Below are positions 52,198 through 62,901 of a stretch of DNA of 64,000 bases, piece by piece. The notes under the pieces were generated by a model. It was not told the DNA's origin. It saw only the letters and a program-made list of their open reading frames with translations, and did no database searches. Position numbers and translations under genes: made by a program. This DNA comes from a bacterium. GTDB taxonomy: Bacteria; UBA8248; JACPRG01; G963555815. The stretch's first letter is position 1. Each line of letters opens with the position of its first letter. The DNA is taken from contig CBDHDG010000002.1 in assembly GCA_965261595.1 (NCBI GenBank), positions 160,001-224,000 of the forward strand, read 5' to 3'.

Positions 52198-53808
52198 CGG
52201 CGGCTTGGGGTATTATGAACATCATCCGCCGTCAGGCGTTCCATTCCGACTTCGACGAATTCATCCTGTGCTTCGAGACTTGGCGGACTAAGTTTCCCCA
52301 CGACCCGCCGGTGAGCACCACTGGACCGCCCCTGGGTTATTGGACACTCGGGTGAGGGTATTCGACCTCATGCGGCCTCCGCAACTTGAGCGAGTTTTTC
52401 CTGCCTTGCCTGGGCCGGCGTTCGGTAGCCGTAGCCCTCGAGAATCCAATGATGGTTGTACAGGTTCTTGAACTCAAGCAGCGCCCACCGCAGTTCCTCT
52501 ACGGTGGCGAAAGAGCGCACCCACAGGAGATTCTCCTTCAAGATGCGGATGAACCACTCACAGTAGCCATTTCCCTCGGGCGCCCGCACGAAGCTGGGCG
52601 AACTGGTCATGCCCAGGTAGGCGATCTCCCGCTGAAAGTCATCGGACAGATAGGCGGGGCCGTGGTCGTGACGAACTTTAAGCCCCTCGGCGACATCCGC
52701 CTCCAAGCCGGCGAAGCGCTCGGCGACCCCCTGCCGGATCGGCTCCAGGGCCTCGAAGCGGTTGCCGCTCTTGGCCGCATGGATCCCCACGCAGTCCACC
52801 GAGCAGTGATCCACCGCCACGAACACCGAGGCCACCCCCTCCTCGGTGGTCACCGTCGTCGTCATGTCCGTGCCCCACATTCGGTCGGGCCGCTCGGTGC
52901 GGATGGTCCCGTTGTGGGCCTTGGGACCTCGGGGTTTGCCCACCCGGTGGGGGGCCTGAAGCCCCGCCTCCCGCATCAGGCGACGCACCCGCTCCTTGCT
53001 GGTGCGGATGCCCGCGAAGCGCAGCCTCGCCCACACCTTGCGGTAGCCCTCGCCATGGAAGGGAGAGTCCTCCAGGACCTGCCGGATGTGGCCGAGGAGT
53101 TCCGCATCGGTGCACGGGCCCACAGGGCCGCGCTTATTGGGCGTGGGGCGTTCATGAACGGGGACCGCCTCTCGCCGCCGTTGCGCGTAGACCGTGGAGC
53201 GCGCCAAGCCCCAAAGGGCGCACACCCGCTTCAGGCCGTAGGCTCTGCCCGTGGAGGTGAAGCGGGCCTGACTCATCGCCTCCACCTCCTGCCGGCTAAA
53301 GGGCGGCCGGCCTCCAGGCGGTCGATCTTCTCCCGCAGGACCTCGCCCTCCATCGTGAGTTCGCCCACCTTGGCCTTGAGCCGGGCGTTCTCCTCGTCCC
53401 GCTCATCCGCCGGGCGGGCTTTGAGCGCCGCCTCGCCCCCGCGAAGGAACGCCTCGCGCCAGGCGGAAAGCCGAGCCGCTGTCGTGCCCAACTCGCGGCA
53501 GAGCGTCTCCAGGCTCTCGCCCCGCAAAAGACGCAGGACCGCCTCCCGCTTGCGCTGGCAGGAGAACCGACCCCGCTCACTGCGATGCCCTGGGGCCTTG
53601 GCTCCGTTCGCCCTGCGGGCGCCCTCCGCCAAAGCCCCCTCTTGCTTTTGTTCGTTCATCGCGACACCCCTTTCTCCATGAATCATGGATCAATCGAGTG
53701 TCCAACAAAACCCTAGAGCGGGGGACCACCATCGAGGATTCGACCGTTCCCCTGCCCGTGCCGGGGGCGACGCTCGTTCTGGACCTCTGGGCCTATCTAC
53801 CGTGACGC
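52198..53808 (+). repeat. Diverged duplicate (about 200 bp) of the RidA gene 3' end, split by IS type A copy 4
   Basis: 52198-52321 plus 53730-53808 align with 51272-51473 with few substitutions. Confidence 0.9.
52322..53725 (-). mobile_element. IS3-family element type A, copy 4 (reverse orientation)
   Basis: 1404 bp, TSD CCAC; orfA 53273-53686, orfB 52368-53285. Confidence 0.95.
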
Positions 53809-53867
53809 TAGGCCGAAAATCTTTGCGCAAGACTTGACCTCACGATCTTTCCCGCAAGCCAAAAGTT

Positions 53868-54041
53868 AAGAATTAAGTATGGTGTCCCCAGAATCCCCCC
53901 CGGTCGACCCGCGTGTTGCTCATTCGGAAAAGGTGACATTGGAAGAGGCCCCACCCTAATGAGGAAGCGGCATCCGGAGAATTAACCTTGACTGATACAG
54001 ATCCCATGTCCGTAATCGGGGGGAATTAAGTATGGTGTCCC
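53868..54041 (+). repeat. Two copies of the RAYT-associated motif GAATTAAGTATGGTGTCCC
   Basis: At 53870-53888 and 54023-54041; the same motif flanks the RAYT remnant at 62332-62722. Confidence 0.8.
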
Positions 54042-54062
54042 TGAATCCCTGCCAGGACGAAA

Positions 54063-54254
54063 GGCTTGATGATGGGCTTCAAGCTGCTCGATATGGCGCA
54101 GCAGAGATGGCGGCGAATCAACGCACTCAAACTCCTGCCCCTCGTCCGGGCGGGAGTGAAGTTCGTCGACGAGGTTCAGGCGGAGCGCATCAATCAAGAA
54201 GAGCGGAAAGACGCCGCCTGATCATGCGCCCATCCACAATATTTGACAATATCA
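54063..54254 (+). pseudogene. IS256-family transposase 3' remnant with terminal repeat
   Basis: Manual translation GLMMGFKLLDMAQQRWRRINALKLLPLVRAGVKFVDE...AA*; followed by CCACAATATTTGACAATATC. Confidence 0.65.
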
Positions 54255-54284
54255 CAATTCATCTTTGGAGAAGCGCCTGCAACC

Positions 54285-55554
54285 TGGACTTACCCCGGTT
54301 TCATGGAGAGTTAAGCACTTGGGTTTTCAGGGTGTGCGTTGTTGTCTCCTTTCGTAGTTAACGGGTGACAGGTTGTCGATGGAGGAGTGCCGACGATGCG
54401 GGTTGTAGAAGCCCTCGATGAACCCGAACACCTCCATGCGCGCCTCGGCCCGGGTGCGGAAACTGTGGCGAGCGAGGAGCTCGCACTCCAGCGTGGCGAA
54501 AAAGCTCTCACACAGCGCGTTGTCGTAGCAGTCCCCGACCGAACCCATGGAGGGACGCACGCCCGCCTGCCGGCAGCGCTGCCCAAAGGCGACCGAGGTG
54601 TACTGCGTGCTGCCCTGGTCGGAGTGGTGGATGACGGCCCGGGGACGGCGCTTATACAGCGCCATGTCGAGCGCGTCGAGCACCAACTCGGCCCGCAGGT
54701 GTGTGGCCATCGACCACCCCACGATGCGCCGGCTGAACGCATCGAGCGCCACGGCCAGATACAAAAACCCCGCCCATGTCGGAACGTAGGTGATGTCGGC
54801 CACCCACAGCCGGTCGGGGGCCTCGGCCGTGAAGTTGCGGTCCACCAGATCAGGGGCCGGCCGCGCCTCCTGCCGGCGCTGCGTCGTGCGCGCTCCCTTG
54901 CGCCGACTGACGCCCGCAAGTCCCGCCCCACGCATCAGCCTGGCGACGCGCTTGCGGCCCACACGCACTCCCTCAGCCTCCAACTCGGCATGGACGCGCG
55001 GCACGCCGTAAGTCCCCCGAGAACGCTCGTGGATCGCCTGAATGCGTTTGGTGAGCGCCCGATCGGCACACGAGCGGGCACACGGAATAAATCGCGCGCC
55101 TGCGCCACGCGTAGTAGCCGCTGGAGGAGACGCCCAGCACCCGGCACATGGTGGCGGTCCGATACATGGCCTGGTTCGCCCTCACGAACCCGTAGATCCG
55201 GACGGGATCGAATCGGTATCCCGAGCAAACCAGGCCGCGGCTTTTGCTAAGATCTCCCGCTCCTGGCGGAGCTGTCGGTTCTCGCGGCGAAGTCGGCGCA
55301 ACTCCTCCCGCTCATCGCTCGTGAGCCCGTCTTTGCGACGCCCCTCGTCAACGTCGGCTTGATGGGCCCAGGTGCGGATCGTCTGCGCCGAGGACTCGAA
55401 CTCGTGCGCCAGCGCCTCGGGCGTGCGTCCCGCCCGGACCAACTCTACCATCTGGCAGCGGAACTCCATTGGATAGCGTGGGTGAGTCTGTGGCATCGTG
55501 AACACCTCCTTTACCCCCAAATCATCAGGTGTCCACCAAACCGGGTCAACTCCA
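54285..55554 (-). mobile_element. IS3-family element type C, copy 2 (orfB frameshifted)
   Basis: Near-identical to 10379-11641 plus a 7-bp insertion AATAAAT at 55086-55092; no TSD. Confidence 0.93.
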
Positions 55555-55752
55555 CTCATCGTCAATTAAGATATCGTTGTTAAGGCTACCAACGATTTGT
55601 CCAGTTTTAGTATCGACCAAGCGCAGATGTGTTACTAGCGAGTTCTTCAGTTTCGCAATAGACCCTGTTACAAGGAGTTGAGCCCCATAGAGTTTTCCGA
55701 TCTCGATAGATTTAGTTGGATCAATCACATCACGCAGGTTCATCCGTTGCTC

Positions 55753-57019
55753 TCCCCCGCTCTAGGGTTTTGTTGGACACTCGATTGATCCATGATTCAT
55801 GGAGAAAGGGGTGTCGCGATGAACGAACAAAAGCAAGAGGGGGCTTTGGCGGAGGGCGCCCGCAGGGCGAACGGAGCCAAGGCCCCAGGGCATCGCAGTG
55901 AGCGGGGTCGGTTCTCCTGCCAGCGCAAGCGGGAGGCGGTCCTGCGTCTTTTGCGGGGCGAGAGCCTGGAGACGCTCTGCCGCGAGTTGGGCACGACAGC
56001 GGCTCGGCTTTCCGCCTGGCGCGAGGCGTTCCTTCGCGGGGGCGAGGCGGCGCTCAAAGCCCGCCCGGCGGATGAGCGGGACGAGGAGAACGCCCGGCTC
56101 AAGGCCAAGGTGGGCGAACTCACGATGGAGGGCGAGGTCCTGCGGGAGAAGATCGACCGCCTGGAGGCCGGCCGCCCTTTAGCCGGCAGGAGGTGGAGGC
56201 GATGAGTCAGGCCCGCTTCACCTCCACGGGCAGAGCCTACGGCCTGAAGCGGGTGTGCGCCCTTTGGGGCTTGGCGCGCTCCACGGTCTACGCGCAACGG
56301 CGGCGAGAGGCGGTCCCCGTTCATGAACGCCCCACGCCCAATAAGCGCGGCCCTGTGGGCCCGTGCACCGATGCGGAACTCCTCGGCCACATCCGGCAGG
56401 TCCTGGAGGACTCTCCCTTCCATGGCGAGGGCTACCGCAAGGTGTGGGCGAGGCTGCGCTTCGCGGGCATCCGCACCAGCAAGGAGCGGGTGCGTCGCCT
56501 GATGCGGGAGGCGGGGCTTCAGGCCCCCCACCGGGTGGGCAAACCCCGAGGTCCCAAGGCCCACAACGGGACCATCCGCACCGAGCGGCCCGACCGAATG
56601 TGGGGCACGGACATGACGACGACGGTGACCACCGAGGAGGGGATGGCCTCGGTGTTCGTGGCGGTGGATCACTGCTCGGTGGACTGCGTGGGGATCCATG
56701 CGGCCAAGAGCGGCAACCGCTTCGAGGCCCTGGAGCCGATCCGGCAGGGGGTCGCCGAGCGCTTCGCCGGCTTGGAGGCGGATGTCGCCGAGGGGCTTAA
56801 AGTTCGTCACGACCACGGCCCCGCCTATCTGTCCGATGACTTTCAGCGGGAGATCGCCTACCTGGGCATGACCAGTTCGCCCAGCTTCGTGCGGGCGCCC
56901 GAGGGAAATGGCTACTGTGAGTGGTTTATCCGCATCTTGAAGGAGAATCTCCTGTGGGTGCGCTCTTTCGCCACCGTAGAGGAACTGCGGTGGGCGCTGC
57001 TTGAGTTCAAGAACCTGTA
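55753..57019 (+). mobile_element. IS3-family element type A, copy 5 (3'-truncated by copy 6)
   Basis: Left IR present; orfB ends KNLY at the copy 6 junction. Confidence 0.93.
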
Positions 57020-58423
57020 TCCCCCGCTCTAGGGTTTTGTTGGACACTCGATTGATCCATGATTCATGGAGAAAGGGGTGTCGCGATGAACGAACAAAAG
57101 CAAGAGGGGGCTTTGGCGGAGGGCGCCCGTAGGGCGAACGGAGCCAAGGCCCCAGGGCATCGCAGTGAGCGGGGTCGGTTCTCCTGCCAGCGCAAGCGGG
57201 AGGCGGTCCTGCGTCTTTTGCGGGGCGAGAGCCTGGAGACGCTCTGCCGCGAGTTGGGCACGACAGCGGCTCGGCTTTCCGCCTGGCGCGAGGCGTTCCT
57301 TCGCGGGGGCGAGGCGGCGCTCAAAGCCCGCCCGGCGGATGAGCGGGACGAGGAGAACGCCCGGCTCAAGGCCAAGGTGGGCGAACTCACGATGGAGGGC
57401 GAGGTCCTGCGGGAGAAGATCGACCGCCTGGAGGCCGGCCGCCCTTTAGCCGGCAGGAGGTGGAGGCGATGAGTCAGGCCCGCTTCACCTCCACGGGCAG
57501 AGCCTACGGCCTGAAGCGGGTGTGCGCCCTTTGGGGCTTGGCGCGCTCCACGGTCTACGCGCAACGGCGGCGAGAGGCGGTCCCCGTTCATGAACGCCCC
57601 ACGCCCAATAAGCGCGGCCCTGTGGGCCCGTGCACCGATGCGGAACTCCTCGGTCACATCCGGCAGGTCCTGGAGGACTCTCCCTTCCATGGCGAGGGCT
57701 ACCGCAAGGTGTGGGCGAGGCTGCGCTTCGCGGGCATCCGCACCAGCAAGGAGCGGGTGCGTCGCCTGATGCGGGAGGCGGGGCTTCAGGCCCCCCACCG
57801 GGTGGGCAAACCCCGAGGTCCCAAGGCCCACAACGGGACCATCCGCACCGAGCGGCCCGACCGAATGTGGGGCACGGACATGACGACGACGGTGACCACC
57901 GAGGAGGGGATGGCCTCGGTGTTCGTGGCGGTGGATCACTGTTCGGTGGACTGCGTGGGGATCCATGCGGCCAAGAGCGGCAACCGCTTCGAGGCCCTGG
58001 AGCCGATCCGGCAGGGGGTCGCCGAGCGCTTCGCCGGCTTGGAGGCGGACGTCGCCGAGGGGCTTAAAGTTCGTCACGACCACGGCCCCGCCTATCTGTC
58101 CGATGACTTTCAGCGGGAGATCGCCTACCTGGGCATGACCAGTTCGCCCAGCTTCGTGCGGGCGCCCGAGGGAAATGGCTACTGTGAGTGGTTCATCCGC
58201 ATCTTGAAGGAGAATCTCCTGTGGGTGCGCTCTTTCGCCACCGTAGAGGAACTGCGGTGGGCGCTGCTTGAGTTCAAGAACCTGTACAACCATCATTGGA
58301 TTCTCGAGGGCTACGGCTACCGAACGCCGGCCCAGGCAAGGCAGGAAAAACTCGCTCAAGTTGCGGAGGCCGCATGAGGTCGAATACCCTCACCCGAGTG
58401 TCCAATAACCCAGGGGCGGTCCA
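57020..58423 (+). mobile_element. IS3-family element type A, copy 6
   Basis: 1404 bp; a GCTC duplication flanks the copy 5+6 tandem; orfA 57059-57472, orfB 57460-58377. Confidence 0.95.
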
Positions 58424-58645
58424 GCTCAGCCAAAAATTTTTCTTCTTTCAGCAGCCGCCATCACCCTAATGGTCTTTTCTTTAGATAGCGCGTCGATGAG
58501 AATCTCAGAGATGTACCGAGTGAAATTAGTTTCTCTCTGATCAATATTCTGTATAGAGAGAACTAGGACCCGTTTCCCAGTCAGCAACCCTTTCATCGCC
58601 TGTACAAAGCGTGGTCCTAGGTCCCGGATGGAAATTGGGTGGATG

Positions 58646-59915
58646 TGACCTGCCCCCTGAAACCGGTCCGGTTTGAGAGTTAGGATTTTCGCACGGCTTT
58701 CGGGACTGGATTGGCCTAGAAAGGGGGCAGTGATGAGTCGGAAGCGATTCACCGCGGAGCAGATCATCCACAAGCTTCGTCAGGCCGAGGTGGAGTTGGC
58801 CAATGGGCAGAGGATGGCTCAGGTCTGCAAGACGCTGGGGATCTCCGAGCAGACCTATTACCGGTGGCGGCGGGAGTACGGAGGCCTGCGCCTGGACCAG
58901 GCGAAACGACTGAAGACACTGGAGCAGGAAAACGCCCGGCTAAAGAAGCTGGTGGCCGAGCAGGCCCTGGATAACGCCATCTTGAAGGAGGCCTCCCAGG
59001 GAAACTTCTGAGCCCGCCTGCGCGGCGGCGGGCGATGGAGCATGTGCGGGAGAAGCTGAGCGTGTCCGAACGTCGCGCCTGCCGGGTGCTGGGTCAGGCC
59101 CGCTCGACTCAGCGGCGCTCTGCCCAGGTCCCTGACGATGAGGCCCGTTTGGTGGCGCGGGTGACAGAGCTGGCGAGCGAGTACGGACGGTACGGCTACC
59201 GGAGGATAACGGCTCTGTTGGAAAGAGAAGGCTGGCGAGTGAATCACAAGGGGGTGGAGCGGATCTGGCGCCAGGAAGGCCTGAAGGCGCCGAAGAGACA
59301 GCCCAAGCGAGGGCGTTTATGGCTGAACGACGGCTCTTGTGTTCGCAAGCGTCCGTCTTATCGGAATCATGTGTGGTCCTACGACTTCCTGGCCGCGAGG
59401 ACGCACGATGGGCGGCCTTTACGGATGCTGGCTGTGATGGATGAGTTGACCCGGGAGTGCTTGGCCCTTGATGTAGAGAGAAGACTCAACTCCGAGGACG
59501 TCCTGGACCGCCTCACCGAGTTGTTCGTCCGGCGTGGCCTGCCGGCTTATATCCGCTCGGACAACGGGGCGGAGTTCACGGCGAATGCGGTGAGAGGGTG
59601 GCTCACCCGTCTTGGGGTGAGAACGCTTTACATCGAGCGGGGCAGTCCCTGGGAGAACGGCTATGTGGAGTCCTTCATCGGCAAGCTGCGCGATGAGCTG
59701 CTCAACGGGGAGATCTTCTACACCCTGACAGAGGCCAAGGTGTTGGTGGAGAGATGGCGACAACTCTACAACTGGGTAAGGCCCCATAGTGCCTTGGGCT
59801 ACCGGCCCCCGGCGCCGGAGGCCATCGAACCAATGCCTCCGGGCATCCCTACACTTTCGGACATCGGGGAGCAGAGACTAACTCAAAAAGTGGTGCAACT
59901 TTAGGGGGCGGGTCA
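58646..59915 (+). mobile_element. IS3-family element type B, copy 2
   Basis: 1270 bp, TSD GATG; orfA ends 59011, orfB 59035-59904. Confidence 0.95.
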
Positions 59916-60160
59916 GATGCGCATAGAAGGTCGCTTCTCGCTTAAAGACACCATGTCCAAGGGGAGAAGGACAGGATTGGAGACGGTCTGCGCACTTGAT
60001 CTTAGGATCCAGACACTCACGAGGCTCTCCGTCTTTGGGTCGACTTTCGGTAGGATAATCCTATACCAACCCGTCTTCTCTTTGAACGCCAGGAAGCGAG
60101 CTCTTTTTTTCAATACTGTCCTTAAGCCGGAATTTAGATTGGGGTTTGTAAAGGCAGGTG

Positions 60161-61564
60161 TCCCCCGCTCTAGGGTTTTGTTGGACACTCGATTGATCCA
60201 TGATTCATGGAGAAAGGGGTGTCGCGATGAACGAACAAAAGCAAGAGGGGGCTTTGGCGGAGGGCGCCCGCAGGGCGAACGGAGCCAAGGCCCCAGGGCA
60301 TCGCAGTGAGCGGGGTCGGTTCTCCTGCCAGCGCAAGCGGGAGGCGGTCCTGCGTCTTTTGCGGGGCGAGAGCCTGGAGACGCTCTGCCGCGAGTTGGGC
60401 ACGACAGCGGCTCGGCTTTCCGCCTGGCGCGAGGCGTTCCTTCGCGGGGGCGAGGCGGCGCTCAAAGCCCGCCCGGCGGATGAGCGGGCCGAGGAGAACG
60501 CCCGGCTCAAGGCCAAGGTGGGCGAACTCACGATGGAGGGCGAGGTCCTGCGGGAGAAGATCGACCGCCTGGAGGCCGGCCGCCCTTTAGCCGGCAGGAG
60601 GTGGAGGCGATGAGTCAGGCCCGCTTCACCTCCACGGGCAGAGCCTACGGCCTGAAGCGGGTGTGCGCCCTTTGGGGCTTGGCGCGCTCCACGGTCTACG
60701 CGCAACGGCGGCGAGAGGCGGTCCCCGTTCATGAACGCCCCACGCCCAATAAGCGCGGCCCTGTGGGCCCGTGCACCGATGCGGAACTCCTCGGCCACAT
60801 CCGGCAGGTCCTGGAGGACTCTCCCTTCCATGGCGAGGGCTACCGCAAGGTGTGGGCGAGGCTGCGCTTCGCGGGCATCCGCACCAGCAAGGAGCGGGTG
60901 CGTCGCCTGATGCGGGAGGCGGGGCTTCAGGCCCCCCACCGGGTGGGCAAACCCCGAGGTCCCAAGGCCCACAACGGGACCATCCGCACCGAGCGGCCCG
61001 ACCGAATGTGGGGCACGGACATGACGACGACGGTGACCACCGAGGAGGGGATGGCCTCGGTGTTCGTGGCGGTGGATCACTGCTCGGTGGACTGCGTGGG
61101 GATCCATGCGGCCAAGAGCGGCAACCGCTTCGAGGCCCTGGAGCCGATCCGGCAGGGGGTCGCCGAGCGCTTCGCCGGCTTGGAGGCGGATGTCGCCGAG
61201 GGGCTTAAAGTTCGTCACGACCACGGCCCCGCCTATCTGTCCGATGACTTTCAGCGGGAGATCGCCTACCTGGGCATGACCAGTTCGCCCAGCTTCGTGC
61301 GGGCGCCCGAGGGAAATGGCTACTGTGAGTGGTTCATCCGCATCTTGAAGGAGAATCTCCTGTGGGTGCGCTCTTTCGCCACCGTAGAGGAACTGCGGTG
61401 GGCGCTGCTTGAGTTCAAGAACCTGTACAACCATCATTGGATTCTCGAGGGCTACGGCTACCGAACGCCGGCCCAGGCAAGGCAGGAAAAACTCGCTCAA
61501 GTTGCGGAGGCCGCATGAGGTCGAATACCCTCACCCGAGTGTCCAATAACCCAGGGGCGGTCCA
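60161..61564 (+). mobile_element. IS3-family element type A, copy 7
   Basis: 1404 bp, TSD GTG; orfA 60200-60613, orfB 60601-61518. Confidence 0.95.
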
Positions 61565-62343
61565 GTGTGTTTGTTCTGACGAAGATCCGCTCGGGGACTG
61601 TTTGGCAATCATAAACTGCAACCAGCTTATTCTCCGTCCAAGTTGAGGTGCCCCGGGTCACAGTTTTTTTGCTCGTGTCAACGAGATATATCCCATCTTC
61701 CTGAAGGTATTTCTCGATGCGGCCCGGCACCGCTGGTCGGCTTTCCCCTAATTCGTAACCCGATTCCAATTTCGCCTTACGATTTACTATCACTAAGGTC
61801 TGAAAACCTGACTTGGCAGGAAAAAACAGCAAGACCTGGGCAAAGGTAACCATAGAATTCTGGAACCTCACATCGCTAACGATCCGCACGTTGCTCTTTT
61901 TGAACTGATGGCGAAGAGAGTCTTGGATGGAATTAGACAACAGGAGTCCTCCCTTCACTCTCATAGTACTTTTTACAGAGACTCCAGATTTTCTTTCTGC
62001 AATGCTCTTGATCAGCTTTATGAGGAGACCGAGTTGGGTTTCTCGAATGATCTCGGCAGACGGAGCATAAGCAAACGACCTAGCGAACTTGCAGGGGAAG
62101 TCACTTGCGGCAAGCGCGGGAGATGCCAAAACAGAGGCAGTCGAAGAGAACGTTACGGTCAATGCAACCCAGAGCCAGCGGCACATCGTTTTCGCCTTCT
62201 TTTGTGGCCTGTAGCGAAAAGCGGAAATTTCCCATTTCACCTCTTGATGGAGGCATGGTCTGCTCGCATAGCCGTGTGAAGCGATTTCAACTCATTTCAT
62301 CTGCGCTGTCAACAATTGGGCGGGAATCGGGGGGACACCATAC

Positions 62344-62669
62344 TTATTTCTGCTTATCCCCCCTTTTTCGCCCTGGCTTCTGCCGTTGCAGGATACGACC
62401 CAATGCCTCTTCAAGGTTTCCGACAAAACCGTCATTTCCCAAGGGTCTGCCTGTCCTCAAGCCTTCCTCGGATTGCGGAACCAGAATCAGATGCACGTGG
62501 TTAGGCATCAGGCAGTAGGCCCAGGCCTGCACTCTCCAGCGGGGCGCCACGCAGACATTAGGCGGATGGAGTCCTCATAATCCTCTTCACAGAAAAAGGT
62601 CTCCTGCCCGCGATTGCCCCGCTGAGTGACGGGTAAGCCTGGCGCCACAACCCGTGCGATTCTTGGCAT
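62344..62669 (-). pseudogene. REP-associated tyrosine (HUH/Y1) transposase remnant
   Basis: MPRIARVVAPGLP-VTQRGN...AYCLMPNHVHLI...RTGRPLG; frameshift and large internal deletion; flanked by a 15-bp IR (62332-62346, 62708-62722). Confidence 0.8.
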
Positions 62670-62901
62670 GTGGCGACACGATGGCGGCGCAAGCGAAAGT
62701 CAAGAATTAAGTATGGTGTCCCTGGAATCCTGTTTACACACCAGCGCGGCATGGTTTTCCCATGGCGGACTCCGGTGAAATCGGGGTTTCAGGAGCCCGA
62801 AATGGAGTTGACGGGTCCGGTAGAGAGGGGTCTAATCGGGCTAAACAGCAACGAGGGGTAGGCACGGGTCTGTCCGGATTTGAAATGGGAAGTTCCTGTA
62901 T

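Larger units (their letters stand above)
55555..62240 (-). pseudogene. Low-GC secreted protein (SH3-like + CsgG/FlgO-like domains) fragmented by IS elements
   Basis: Fragments 62240-61565, 60157-59916, 58641-58424 and 55748-55555 join after removing the IS copies and TSDs, with one homopolymer frameshift; C-terminal IDPTKSIEIGKLYGAQLLVTGS...LRLVDTKTGQIV. Confidence 0.8.

Noticed and set aside
51272..53808. RidA 3' duplication as a diversity-generating retroelement TR/VR pair
   Set aside because: Differences are not confined to adenines and there is no reverse transcriptase in the window.
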